From positions 448,001 through 512,000 of the forward strand of contig OZ219920.1 of assembly GCA_964291415.2 (NCBI GenBank): 64,000 nt of DNA, in the 5' to 3' direction. Positions 48,848 to 57,645 of the stretch are shown piece by piece; the first letter of the stretch is position 1; every line of letters begins with the position of its first letter. The DNA comes from Alphaproteobacteria bacterium. GTDB taxonomy: Bacteria; Pseudomonadota; Alphaproteobacteria; SP197. Position numbers and translations under genes: made by a program. The notes beneath the pieces are model-generated. The model made no database searches and was not told the origin of the DNA. It saw only the letters and a list, made by a program, of their open reading frames with translations.

Positions 48848-49537
48848 ATGTCCGCCGAATCCGCTCTCGCCCTCGCACCTGCTGCGCCACTGTCCCGCGC
48901 CGCGCTTCCGCCGCCCGCGCCCGTTCTCGCCCGCATCGCGCGGGGAGGCCCCGCCGCCCTGGACGACCACGAGCTGCTCGCGCTCCTCGGAATCGCCGTC
49001 GACGCCCGCACCCTCGCCGCCGCCGGGGGGCTCCGGGGACTCCTCGACGACCCCGACGATCTCTGGCGCACCGTGGTCCTTCCTGCCGAGGACCGCGCCC
49101 GCGTTCACGCGCTCCTCGACGTGCACGCCCGCTGGATGGAGGCCCGGCTCCACCGCGACGGCGGGCCGCTCACCTCGCCGGACCACACGCAGCGCTACAT
49201 CGAGGCGCGGCTCCGGGGCTACCGCAACGAGGTGTTCGCGATGCTCTACATGGACAGCCGCCACCGCATCATCGCGTTCGAGGAGACCTTCTCCGGCACG
49301 GTCGACGGCACCACCGTCCATCCGCGCGTCGTCGTGCGCCGCGCGCTGATGCACAACGCCGCGGCCTGCATCGCCGCGCATTCGCACCCCTCGGGCGTGG
49401 CAGAACCGAGCTCCGCCGACCGCGCCATCACCAGGCGGCTTCACGACGCGCTCGCCCTGGTCGAGATCCGCCTCATCGACCACTTCGTCGTCGGCGACGG
49501 GGAGCTGGTCTCGTTCGCCGAATGCGGCCTCCTGTAG
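48848..49537 (+). CDS. radC: RadC/JAB-domain protein
   Basis: ALDDHELLALL, NEVFAMLY, VHPRVV, HSHPSGVAEPSSAD, LIDHFVVG. Confidence 0.92.
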   Translation: MSAESALALAPAAPLSRAALPPPAPVLARIARGGPAALDDHELLALLGIAVDARTLAAAGGLRGLLDDPDDLWRTVVLPAEDRARVHALLDVHARWMEARLHRDGGPLTSPDHTQRYIEARLRGYRNEVFAMLYMDSRHRIIAFEETFSGTVDGTTVHPRVVVRRALMHNAAACIAAHSHPSGVAEPSSADRAITRRLHDALALVEIRLIDHFVVGDGELVSFAECGLL

Positions 49538-49648
49538 CTCCACCGGACCCGACCTCCCCCATCCCGCGCCGGAGGGACAGCCGGGGGCGGGCGAATGCCG
49601 CTCACAGAAAGAGGGAGCGGCGCCATCGTCTCCCGGAGGAATCGCGAC

Positions 49649-50176
49649 ATGACGACTCTCATCTACGCCGGCATCGGCTCGCGCGCCACGCCCCGGTCCG
49701 TGCTTGCGGACATGACGAAGATGGCCACCTGGCTCGCGCGCACGGGCTGGCACCTCGCGAGCGGCGGCGCGCACGGGGCCGACACCGCGTTCGCGGCGGG
49801 CGCGCCGGCCGGCCAGCGGACGCTCTACCTGCCGTGGCCGGGCTACAACGGGCACGCGGGGCCGGATTGCCGCGCGCTTTCCCGGTCCGCGCTCGCCGAT
49901 TGCATGGACGTGGCCGCCTCCCTGCATCCCGCCTGGCGCCGCTGCTCGTCCGGCGCCCGGATGCTCCACGCCCGAAACGTCCTGATTCTGCTCGGCGCCG
50001 GGCTGGACCATCCCGTTGATGCGGTCGTCGCCTTCACCCGCGATGGGGCGGTCACGGGCGGCACCGGGATGGGGCTGCGCATCGCGGCCGAGTTCGGCAT
50101 TCCGGTGATGAACCTCGGCGCGATGCCTCCGCGTGAGGCCTGCGAGCGCCTGCTGGCCATCCGCCGCGCCGCCTGA
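49649..50176 (+). CDS. SLOG-superfamily (DprA/Smf-like) protein
   Basis: YAGIGSRATP, SGGAHGADTAF, YLPW, HARN..ILLG, GGTG...GIPVMNL. Confidence 0.8.
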   Translation: MTTLIYAGIGSRATPRSVLADMTKMATWLARTGWHLASGGAHGADTAFAAGAPAGQRTLYLPWPGYNGHAGPDCRALSRSALADCMDVAASLHPAWRRCSSGARMLHARNVLILLGAGLDHPVDAVVAFTRDGAVTGGTGMGLRIAAEFGIPVMNLGAMPPREACERLLAIRRAA

Positions 50177-50293
50177 GCCTCCCGCATTCGAGCCGGAGGG
50201 TTGCCTCGCGCCGGGCGAACGCCCGGCAGGGAGAGGGAGATGGGCTCCCGCCCCCGATGCCGGACGCGGCAACCGGCTTAAGGAGTCTCGCCC

Positions 50294-50425
50294 ATGTTCG
50301 ATTTCGACGTTCAACCGCAATCCGGCACGGACCTGCTCGCACAGCTCGGCCTCGATGCTCGTGCCATCCGCACCATTCTCGAAGAACCGGCTCCCTTCGA
50401 CCCGCGCGGCGACGACCGCGAGTAG
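50294..50425 (+). CDS. Small acidic hypothetical protein (43 aa)
   Basis: TAAGGAG RBS; MFDFDVQPQSGTDLLAQLGLDARAIRTILEEPAPFDPRGDDRE. Confidence 0.55.
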   Translation: MFDFDVQPQSGTDLLAQLGLDARAIRTILEEPAPFDPRGDDRE

Positions 50426-50531
50426 GAGGGAAGCGAGGGAAGGGTGAACGGGAAGGGGCCGGGGGGAGTGAACCCCGGTCCCCCCGCTTCGCAACCCATC
50501 GTCAGCAACCAGGAACCTCAGGAGACGAATC

Positions 50532-50999
50532 ATGGCTTTCGGATTGAACCTCGCGCAGCTCATCGGCCGGCTCGGCGACGACGTGCGCATCAACCACCTC
50601 CCCTCCGGCGGGCGCGTGGCGAACATGAGCATCGCCACCGACGAGTCGTACATCGACAAGAACACCGGCGAGCGGATGGACCGGACCGAGTGGCACCCGG
50701 TCGTCACCTTCCAGCCCGGCCTGGTCGACATTCTCGAGAAGCACGCGAAGAAGGGCCGGCTGGTCTACGTCGCGGGCAAGCTCCAGACCCGGCGCTGGCG
50801 CAAGGACGGCGAGGACTCCGACCGCTTCACCACGGAGATCATCCTGATCCCCGGGGGCAAGGTCCAGTTCCTCGACAAGCCCAAGACCGCCAACGGCGCG
50901 TCGACGTCGGACGCCCAGGCGCCCGCGAGCGGCCCGGCGATGCCGGCCGGCGGCGCCCCGGTGCCCATGGACGACCCCGATAGCGACATCCCGTTCTGA
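50532..50999 (+). CDS. ssb: Single-stranded DNA-binding protein
   Basis: LIGRLGDD, TEWHPVV, GKLQTRRW, acidic tail DSDIPF. Confidence 0.96.
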   Translation: MAFGLNLAQLIGRLGDDVRINHLPSGGRVANMSIATDESYIDKNTGERMDRTEWHPVVTFQPGLVDILEKHAKKGRLVYVAGKLQTRRWRKDGEDSDRFTTEIILIPGGKVQFLDKPKTANGASTSDAQAPASGPAMPAGGAPVPMDDPDSDIPF

Positions 51000-51024
51000 G
51001 TCGCTTCCTCCTCCCTCCCACCTC

Positions 51025-51058
51025 GGGGACCGGCGCTTCGGCGTCGGTCCCCCCTTTT
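51025..51058 (+). terminator. Rho-independent terminator after ssb
   Basis: GGGGACCGGCGC-TTCG-GCGTCGGTCCCC then CCTTTT. Confidence 0.75.
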
Positions 51059-51141
51059 GCCGCCGGCTTCGAGTCCTCCGATGGCGCCGCCGTTCGAGTG
51101 GAGCGCCCATGTGGGCGCTTCCACCGGACAGGAGAGAGAGC

Positions 51142-51705
51142 ATGCCGCGCGACAGCATCTTCGCCCACGGGGCCGTCATCGTCCCCGACTTCGTCACCCC
51201 GGCCGAGGAGGCGCGCATCCTGCTGCGCATCGCCGAGGCGCCCTGGCTCTCCGAGCTCAGCCGCCGAGTGCAGCACTACGGCTTCCGCTACGCGTACCGC
51301 GGCGGCGGCTCGCGCGAGCCCGCGCCGGCCTTCCCGCGGTGGGCCGATGCGATGGCCCAGAGGCTCCGTCCGCATTTCGGCGGTGCGCTCCCGGTGCAGT
51401 GCATCGTGAACGAGTACCGGCCGGGCCAGGGCATCGGGATGCACGCCGACCACCGCGACTTCGGTCCCGTCGTGGCCTCTCTGTCGCTCGGCGCCGATTG
51501 GCCGATGCGCTTCCGGCCGCGCGCCACCCGGCCCTACGCCGCCGGCGCGCTGCCGGGCGACGAGGTCGCGCTGCTCCCTCGCCGCTCGGTGCTGGTGCTC
51601 GCACGAGACGCCCGCCATCGGTTCATGCACGGGATCGACCGGGAGACGAGCGTGCGCGAGACCGCGACGCGCGTCTCCGCGACCTTCCGCACCCTCGCCC
51701 CTTGA
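51142..51705 (+). CDS. AlkB-family 2OG-Fe(II) dioxygenase
   Basis: RRVQHYG, VNEYRPGQGIGMHAD, SLSLG, ARHRFMHGI, RVSATFR. Confidence 0.9.
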   Translation: MPRDSIFAHGAVIVPDFVTPAEEARILLRIAEAPWLSELSRRVQHYGFRYAYRGGGSREPAPAFPRWADAMAQRLRPHFGGALPVQCIVNEYRPGQGIGMHADHRDFGPVVASLSLGADWPMRFRPRATRPYAAGALPGDEVALLPRRSVLVLARDARHRFMHGIDRETSVRETATRVSATFRTLAP

Positions 51706-51875
51706 GCGGCGCTTCGCGCCCGCTCCCGTCCCGGCCTCGCGGCCGTGCTCCGCACGGCCCGCTCGCCCTCCGGCGCCGGCAGGAGCCGGGCCTGGCCGGT
51801 ATCGGGGCGTCCGGTCCAAGCCCCGAGGAGTCCCGCCATGCCCCATTCCTGCAACTCGCCCGCCGGAGCCGCGCC

Positions 51876-52907
51876 GTGAACGCGGCCGCCATCGCCGCCG
51901 CGCTGGCTGAGCGCGCCGAGGCCGTGTGCCGGCAGTACCTGCCACACGGCCGGCGCCAGGGCCGCTACTGGGTCGCGGGCGACCTCGACGGCGCCCGCGG
52001 GCGCTCGCTCTACGTGCGGCTCCGACCCCCCGGCACGCCGGGGAAGTGGACGGATGCTGCCGAGGGGACGCACGGCGACCTGCTCGACATCATCCGCCAC
52101 CGCTCGCGCGCGCCGACGCTTCGCGCGGCGCTCGACGAGGCCCGCGCCTTCCTCGCCCTGCCGGCTGCGCCGGCCGCGGGCGGGAGCTCGGGCGATTCCT
52201 ACGACGCCTCCGAGGCGGCGCGCCGTCTCTGGGCGCGTTGCCGCGCCATCGACGGCACGCACGCGGAAGCGTATCTCCGCGCCCGGGGGCTCGCGCGCTG
52301 CCGCTTCGCGGCGCTGCGCTTCCACCCCGAGCTTCGCTATCGCGAAGGCTCGACCGTGCGCCGCCTGCCGGCGCTGGTCGCCGCCGTGACCGGCGACGAC
52401 GGCGCCGTCTCCGGCGTGCAGCGCACCTGGCTCGACCCCCGCTCGCCCGCCAAGGCGGGCGTCGCATCCCCTCGCAAGGCGCTCGGGCGCATCTACGGCC
52501 TCGCGGTCCGCTTCGGGCGCCCCGCCGACGGCGCTTCGCTCCTCGTCGGCGAGGGCATCGAGACCGTTCTCTCCCTGGTGACCGCCGTGCCGGAGATCAC
52601 CGCCGCCGCCGCGCTCTCCGCCGGGAGCCTCGGCGCATTCGCGCCTCCGCCCGGGGTCGCGCGTCTGGTCATTGCGCGCGACAACGACGAGGAAGGTGAG
52701 CGGGCGGCGGAACGCCTCGCCCGGCGCTGCGCGCGGGCGGGCGTCGCCGCCCTGATGCTCGTCCCCGAGGGCGAGGACTTCAACGACGACCTCATTGCAC
52801 TCGGCCGCGACGCGCTCGCGGCGCGTCTCTCGCCGCTGCTCCGCGTTCCGCTCCGCACCGGCTCGCGCGAGTGGGAGTGCGCGCTTCGCTTAGGGCGAGA
52901 GCAGTGA
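51876..52907 (+). CDS. Toprim-domain DNA primase-like protein
   Basis: GKWTDAAEG, AEAYLRARGL, GEGIETVLS, ARDND, DFNDDL. Confidence 0.88.
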   Translation: MNAAAIAAALAERAEAVCRQYLPHGRRQGRYWVAGDLDGARGRSLYVRLRPPGTPGKWTDAAEGTHGDLLDIIRHRSRAPTLRAALDEARAFLALPAAPAAGGSSGDSYDASEAARRLWARCRAIDGTHAEAYLRARGLARCRFAALRFHPELRYREGSTVRRLPALVAAVTGDDGAVSGVQRTWLDPRSPAKAGVASPRKALGRIYGLAVRFGRPADGASLLVGEGIETVLSLVTAVPEITAAAALSAGSLGAFAPPPGVARLVIARDNDEEGERAAERLARRCARAGVAALMLVPEGEDFNDDLIALGRDALAARLSPLLRVPLRTGSREWECALRLGREQ

Positions 52908-52920
52908 AGGGAGAGGGAGC

Positions 52921-53718
52921 ATGGCCCGCATCGTCAATCTGAAGCACGAGCCCGACGCCGTCGCGCGCGGCGCGGTGCGCATCGACCGCCGCACGCGCTG
53001 GGGAAATCCCTATCGGATAGGCCGTGACGGAACGAGGGACGAGGTGATTACGCGCTATCGCGCGCACCTCTGGCGCCAGATCCGCTCGGGCGAAATCGCC
53101 CTCGCGGATCTCGCTTCGCTCGATTCCCGCGACCTGGCGTGTTGGTGCCATCCGAAGCCCTGTCACGGCACGGTGCTCGCCCGCGCGGCGGCCTGGGCCG
53201 CCGGCGAGCTTCGCCGCCGTGTCGCGTCGCCCGAACCGATTCTGTTCTGGTCGCGCTGCCCGGAGTGGGGATGGCTCTCGAACTTCGCCGCCGCCGGCTT
53301 CGCCGGCCCCGGCGGCGAAGTCTGGTCGAGCGTCGAGCACTGGTACCAGGCCGGCAAGGCGGCGGACCCGGCGGCGGTCGAGCGTATCCGCCGCGCGGCG
53401 ACGGCGCGCGAGGCGCAGCGCCTCGGGCGCGCCGTGCGCTGCCGCGCCCGCTGGGACGACGCGAAGCTCGCGCGCATGGCGGAGGGGCTGCTGCTCCGCT
53501 TCGCTCCGCAGCGCCCCGACACCGCGCGGCTGCTCGCCACCGGCGAGCGCGCGCTCCGCCACGCCACGCCCTGGGGCGCGCACGGCGACCCCTTCTGGGG
53601 CATCGGCCGCGACGGGGCCGGCGCCAACCGCCTCGGCCGGATGCTGGACGCCATCCGTGCCGCGCGCCGGGACGGCGCGCCGCTCGATGCCGACGCACTC
53701 GCCGGGCGCGTCCGCTGA
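52921..53718 (+). CDS. DUF4326 - NADAR (YbiA-like) fusion protein
   Basis: N-half RTRWGNPY...DLACWCHPKPCHGTVL; C-half WLSNF, SVEHWYQAGK, DPFWG, GANRLGRML..IR. Confidence 0.85.
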   Translation: MARIVNLKHEPDAVARGAVRIDRRTRWGNPYRIGRDGTRDEVITRYRAHLWRQIRSGEIALADLASLDSRDLACWCHPKPCHGTVLARAAAWAAGELRRRVASPEPILFWSRCPEWGWLSNFAAAGFAGPGGEVWSSVEHWYQAGKAADPAAVERIRRAATAREAQRLGRAVRCRARWDDAKLARMAEGLLLRFAPQRPDTARLLATGERALRHATPWGAHGDPFWGIGRDGAGANRLGRMLDAIRAARRDGAPLDADALAGRVR

Positions 53719-53799
53719 CGGAGCGCCCCGCTTCCGCTTCGCGGGAGGAAGAGGAGAGCGAAAGGGTGGGCAAGCCCACAAGGAGAGGAGGGAGAGTCC

Positions 53800-54264
53800 A
53801 TGAGCACCGCCGCGAACCCGAGCACCATCCGGATGGCGCCCCGCTACGTTGTCCGCACCGTCGACGAGGACTGGATTGACCTCTTCGATGAACCCTCGCG
53901 CATCGGCGAGAAGCGCCCGGCTTGGGACGAGGCCCAGCGTCGCGTCCGCGAACACCCCGAGCTCAAGACCGTCGTGCTCGATCGCCACACCGGCGCCACG
54001 CTCTGGCAGAGCGACCCGGACATCCCGGCGCGCTACGAGGTTCTCGCGGTCGACGAGACCGTGTTCCACGTCCTCGACACGGACCTCTCCGTCACAAGCG
54101 ACCTGCTCTCCGCGCACAAGGAGAAAGACGACGCCTGGACCGCGTTCTACGCCGCCATCGAGAAGCGCGTGGGCAACGACATCATCGTGCTGCGCGACAC
54201 GATGCAGGGAGACACCGTCCTCGCGACCTCCGACGAGGACCGCTACAGCACCGATGCGCCATGA
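53800..54264 (+). CDS. Hypothetical acidic protein (154 aa)
   Basis: Strong purine-rich RBS, high GC3; possibly two internal repeats (RYVV...VLDRHTG / RYEV...LRDTMQG). Confidence 0.75.
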   Translation: MSTAANPSTIRMAPRYVVRTVDEDWIDLFDEPSRIGEKRPAWDEAQRRVREHPELKTVVLDRHTGATLWQSDPDIPARYEVLAVDETVFHVLDTDLSVTSDLLSAHKEKDDAWTAFYAAIEKRVGNDIIVLRDTMQGDTVLATSDEDRYSTDAP

Positions 54265-54326
54265 GGGCGGTGGCTTCCATTCCTCATCGAATGCCCGGTG
54301 GGTGGCGGGGCAGGCAGGGGAAGGTT

Positions 54327-54442
54327 TGGGCGCGTCGCTTCGCGACCGGGCTACCCTGTCGAGCCCGCTGCGCGGTCTCGCCCCTTCGGGCGGGTATCCC
54401 TCGCGCCTCCGCTCCCTGCGGTCGCTGCGCGCTCCGCTTGCC
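54327..54442. repeat. 116-bp structured repeat, copy 1
   Basis: 113/116 identical to 56105-56220. Confidence 0.93.
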
Positions 54443-54773
54443 AGGAGGAGCAGGAGAGAAAGCTGCCTCCCGCCGTGACTGGGCATTGTCCCACACGTGC
54501 TCAGTGCGCCAACCCCTGCGGGGTCCTCCGCTGACGCTCCGGCCGGGACTCGCAGGGCAACGGCGCTGGCGCGCCTAGTCCCGGCGGCGCGCGCGACCGT
54601 GGCTCGCTCGCTTCGCTCCCTGCGCCCGCACCACTCGCGCACACAGCCGGGCCATGCCCTGCGGCCCCGGTGGCTCCCCTGCGCGCGCGTGAAACATACC
54701 CAGTCACCACGGGGGAGGCCCCGAGGACGAGCCGCAGACGGTTCGAGACACTCACTTCCATCAGGAGAACGTC

Positions 54774-55775
54774 ATGACTGACATCGACCGCACCGACACC
54801 ACGATGGGCCACGCCTTCGCACAGGCCGGCTTCGACTTCGACGCCACCGCCGTCATCGAGACCGGCGACGACGGGCCGCGCGAGGAGTCCCAGACCGCCA
54901 TCGCTTGCGAGCACGCCCAGCTCTTCGGCGCAACGCCCGAGCGCGACGAGTTCGACCCGCGCGAGGTCTGGGACGCCGACGACGCGACCGACGCGGTGGG
55001 CGAAGCCTTCCGCATCCTCGCCGAGGGCGTCGCACCGGACGGCTTCCAGCTCGCCGACGAGCGCGAGAGCCTGCTGTGGGGCTTCGTCAACTGCCTCGAC
55101 GCCCAGGTGCGCCGCCTCGACCGCGCCACCGACCGGCTCCTCCCGGAGATGCGCGACCTCGAACGCGCGCAGGACGGCACCGAGGTGAAGGCCCGCGAGC
55201 TGGAGCTCATCACCGACCGGGCGCGGAACTTCGGCGACCGCCGCGACGCGTTCGAGACCATGCGCGACCTCGCCGCCGACGCCTACCGCACCGAGACCGG
55301 CGACCTCTGGCGCCCGCGGCGCGGCAGCCACGTCAGCCAGACCGGGCACCTCACCTCGGCGGCCATCGACGCCCGCGACTTCCAGCGCGCCCGCAAGGAC
55401 CGCGAGCTCCGGGCGCACCTGCCGCAGGGCACCCTCGTCGCCATCGCGGGCGGGAAGCACGTCGCCGACGTGGGCGCCGTCATCGCCCGCCTCGACAAGG
55501 CCCGCGAGAAGTACGCCGACATGGTGCTGGTGCACGGCGGCGGCCCCGGCGTCGAGCGCATCGCGGCGCAGTGGGCCGAACGGAACGACGTGCACCAGGT
55601 GGTGTGCAAGCCCGACTGGACCGCCCACGGACGCGCCGCTCCCTTCCGCCGCAACGACGAGCTGCTGAACCTGCTGCCGAAGGGCGTCATCGCCTTCCCC
55701 GGTTCGGGCATCACCGACAACCTCGTCGACAAGGCCGTCGCGCTGGGCATCCCGGTGCAGCGCTGCGCCGCCTGA
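54774..55775 (+). CDS. DUF2493 (YspA/SLOG) domain protein
   Basis: LVAIAGG, LVHGGG.GVERIA..WA, AAPFRRN..LL, IAFPGSGIT.NL. Confidence 0.85.
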   Translation: MTDIDRTDTTMGHAFAQAGFDFDATAVIETGDDGPREESQTAIACEHAQLFGATPERDEFDPREVWDADDATDAVGEAFRILAEGVAPDGFQLADERESLLWGFVNCLDAQVRRLDRATDRLLPEMRDLERAQDGTEVKARELELITDRARNFGDRRDAFETMRDLAADAYRTETGDLWRPRRGSHVSQTGHLTSAAIDARDFQRARKDRELRAHLPQGTLVAIAGGKHVADVGAVIARLDKAREKYADMVLVHGGGPGVERIAAQWAERNDVHQVVCKPDWTAHGRAAPFRRNDELLNLLPKGVIAFPGSGITDNLVDKAVALGIPVQRCAA

Positions 55776-55789
55776 CCCGCAGCGCCCCC

Positions 55790-55831
55790 ACGGGTCGCGT
55801 CGCTTCCGGGCGGCGCGGCCCGTTTTTCTTT
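55790..55831 (+). terminator. Rho-independent terminator ending the + strand gene run
   Basis: ACGGGTCGCGTCGC-N6-GCGGCGCGGCCCGT then TTTTCTTT. Confidence 0.8.
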
Positions 55832-56104
55832 GGTCGGCCCCGGACAACGCCACCGCCGCGCGGCTCGCCTTCGCGTCGCCCGGCGCCTGCGGCGCCGCGC
55901 TCCGCAGCGGCTCCGCCGCTCTCTCTCCGCACAACGCCCCGCAGACAACGCTGATGCTACCCCTCGCGGTGCCGGTGTCGCTGGCGACAATGTTCGCGCT
56001 GCCGTCGATGGTGACGACGACGATCCTGCCGGCGGTGTTGCCGGTACTGGTGATGCCGCTGGTGCCGAAGATGGTACGCGGTGTGCCGAACGGTCAGGTT
56101 AGTC

Positions 56105-56220
56105 TGGGCGCGTCGCTTCGCGACCGGGCTACCCTGCCGAGCCCGCTGCGCGGTCTCGGCCCTTCGGGCGGGTATCCCTCGCGCCTCCGCTCCCTTCGGT
56201 CGCTGCGCGCTCCGCTTGCC
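56105..56220. repeat. 116-bp structured repeat, copy 2
   Basis: 113/116 identical to 54327-54442. Confidence 0.93.
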
Positions 56221-56769
56221 CGGCGGCTCGCTGCGCTCGCCGCCGTTGCCGGCCCGACACGCCCGGTGCTTCATTCGACCGCACCGTCCACGGCACCGCC
56301 GTGTCCTCCTCGCGATGGCGCTGCGCGCCGCGCTCGTCGCGGCAGTACTCCGTGCGCCGCCGGTGTCGGCTTCGCCGTCCACCGGCTCGCGCACTGCCCG
56401 GTGCAGTCGTGTCCGCACAAGTGCGGACACCACCGCCATCGCCTCCGGCAGCGTGCTGCGCACGACTGCCTGCGGCTCTGTCCGCACCGCCGCCCGCTCA
56501 CGCGCCGCGGCGGCTCCCCTCCGCCGGCTTCGCCGGCGTCGATTCCCCGAACTTCAATGCTGCCGATTTGGCCGTCCCGACCGCCGGGGCGGCCTTGGTT
56601 CTCACACCCGACGCATCGTTGATGCAAGGGTTGCCGTGACTGGCCATCGCTGCTGTTGGCTGGCTATGCCGCGCTCGTCGGTGCGCGTGTCGGCGCCTGG
56701 CGTGCCGGATTGACCTGCCACCGATCGGTGCTCCAAACCGAGCCCCGGTTACGTCGCCAAGACCGTCCC

Positions 56770-56860
56770 ATCGCGCCCATGCCGCAGCGAGCACCTTTCG
56801 GTGCCTCGCCGTGTACGGCGAATTCTCTTGAGATTTGCTGCGAGCACCTATAGGTGCTAG
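56770..56860 (-). other. Candidate oriT region
   Basis: Minus-strand GCACCGAAAGGTGC hairpin (56791-56804) as in the R388 TrwC-binding hairpin; two more palindromes; upstream of an RHH gene. Confidence 0.55.
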
Positions 56861-57043
56861 GCCGGGCGCGGCGTAGAATGACAGTCTCACCTGCGCCCAG
56901 CGTCGCCCAAGCCCGTAACGGCGTTCGTGCCGGCCCCGCGCATGGGCGCTTCCACCGCTCCAATGGAGGTCCGGAGCCCTTGCGATCCGCCCCCAGCCCT
57001 TCCCCGGAGCGCCAACTATTCCATCCGGAGGCAGCACCAAACC

Positions 57044-57358
57044 ATGACCAGTTCGCCCGACGGCTCCCTGCACAAGCACATCCGCGTGTCCCGCGCGCAG
57101 TGGGAGCGCATCGAACGGGCCGCCGAGGGCAGCCCGCATTCCCCCAACCAGGTCCTGGTCGAACTCGCCATGGAGGCCCTCGACCGCCGCGAATGGCCCG
57201 GCACCGACACCGAAATGCGCGTTGCGCGGGCTTCGCTGTTCGCCGCCCAGGCCCTCGCGCGTGGCCTGATCGCGGACGGACGCGAGCAGGAGGTTCAGGA
57301 GATCCGCGACTACATCTCGTCGATCGTGCCCGATCCGGAAGCCGACGAGCCCCGCTAA
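57044..57358 (+). CDS. Ribbon-helix-helix protein, probable relaxosome accessory factor
   Basis: KHIRVSRAQWERIERAAEG..SPNQVLVELA pattern; GGAGG upstream. Confidence 0.65.
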   Translation: MTSSPDGSLHKHIRVSRAQWERIERAAEGSPHSPNQVLVELAMEALDRREWPGTDTEMRVARASLFAAQALARGLIADGREQEVQEIRDYISSIVPDPEADEPR

Positions 57359-57645
57359 GCGGACCGAGCCAAAGAACGGCCGTGTCCGGCGGCCACGGTC
57401 GCGGGTAGCTATTTCGCGCCTACATCATGACTACCGTCACGCGTGCCTTCGCGCCGAAAACGAAACCCGCCTGCTTCGATTGTCGATGTTCGTTGCACGG
57501 GCTGTCGCTAGCGACATCGCAGCCGAAGGCATCAACGAGGTCACGAGCAGATCCGGCACAACTTCTTCGCCGCCAAGCACCCCTCAGTCAGCACTTCAAC
57601 GGGCGCTCTCCCGCGCAACGGGCGCGCCGCCCCGGGGCGATGTCG

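Noticed and set aside
55940-56100. GCCGGTG/GCTGG low-complexity stretch as iterons or a short ORF
   Set aside because: No fixed unit or period, no RBS and no convincing protein
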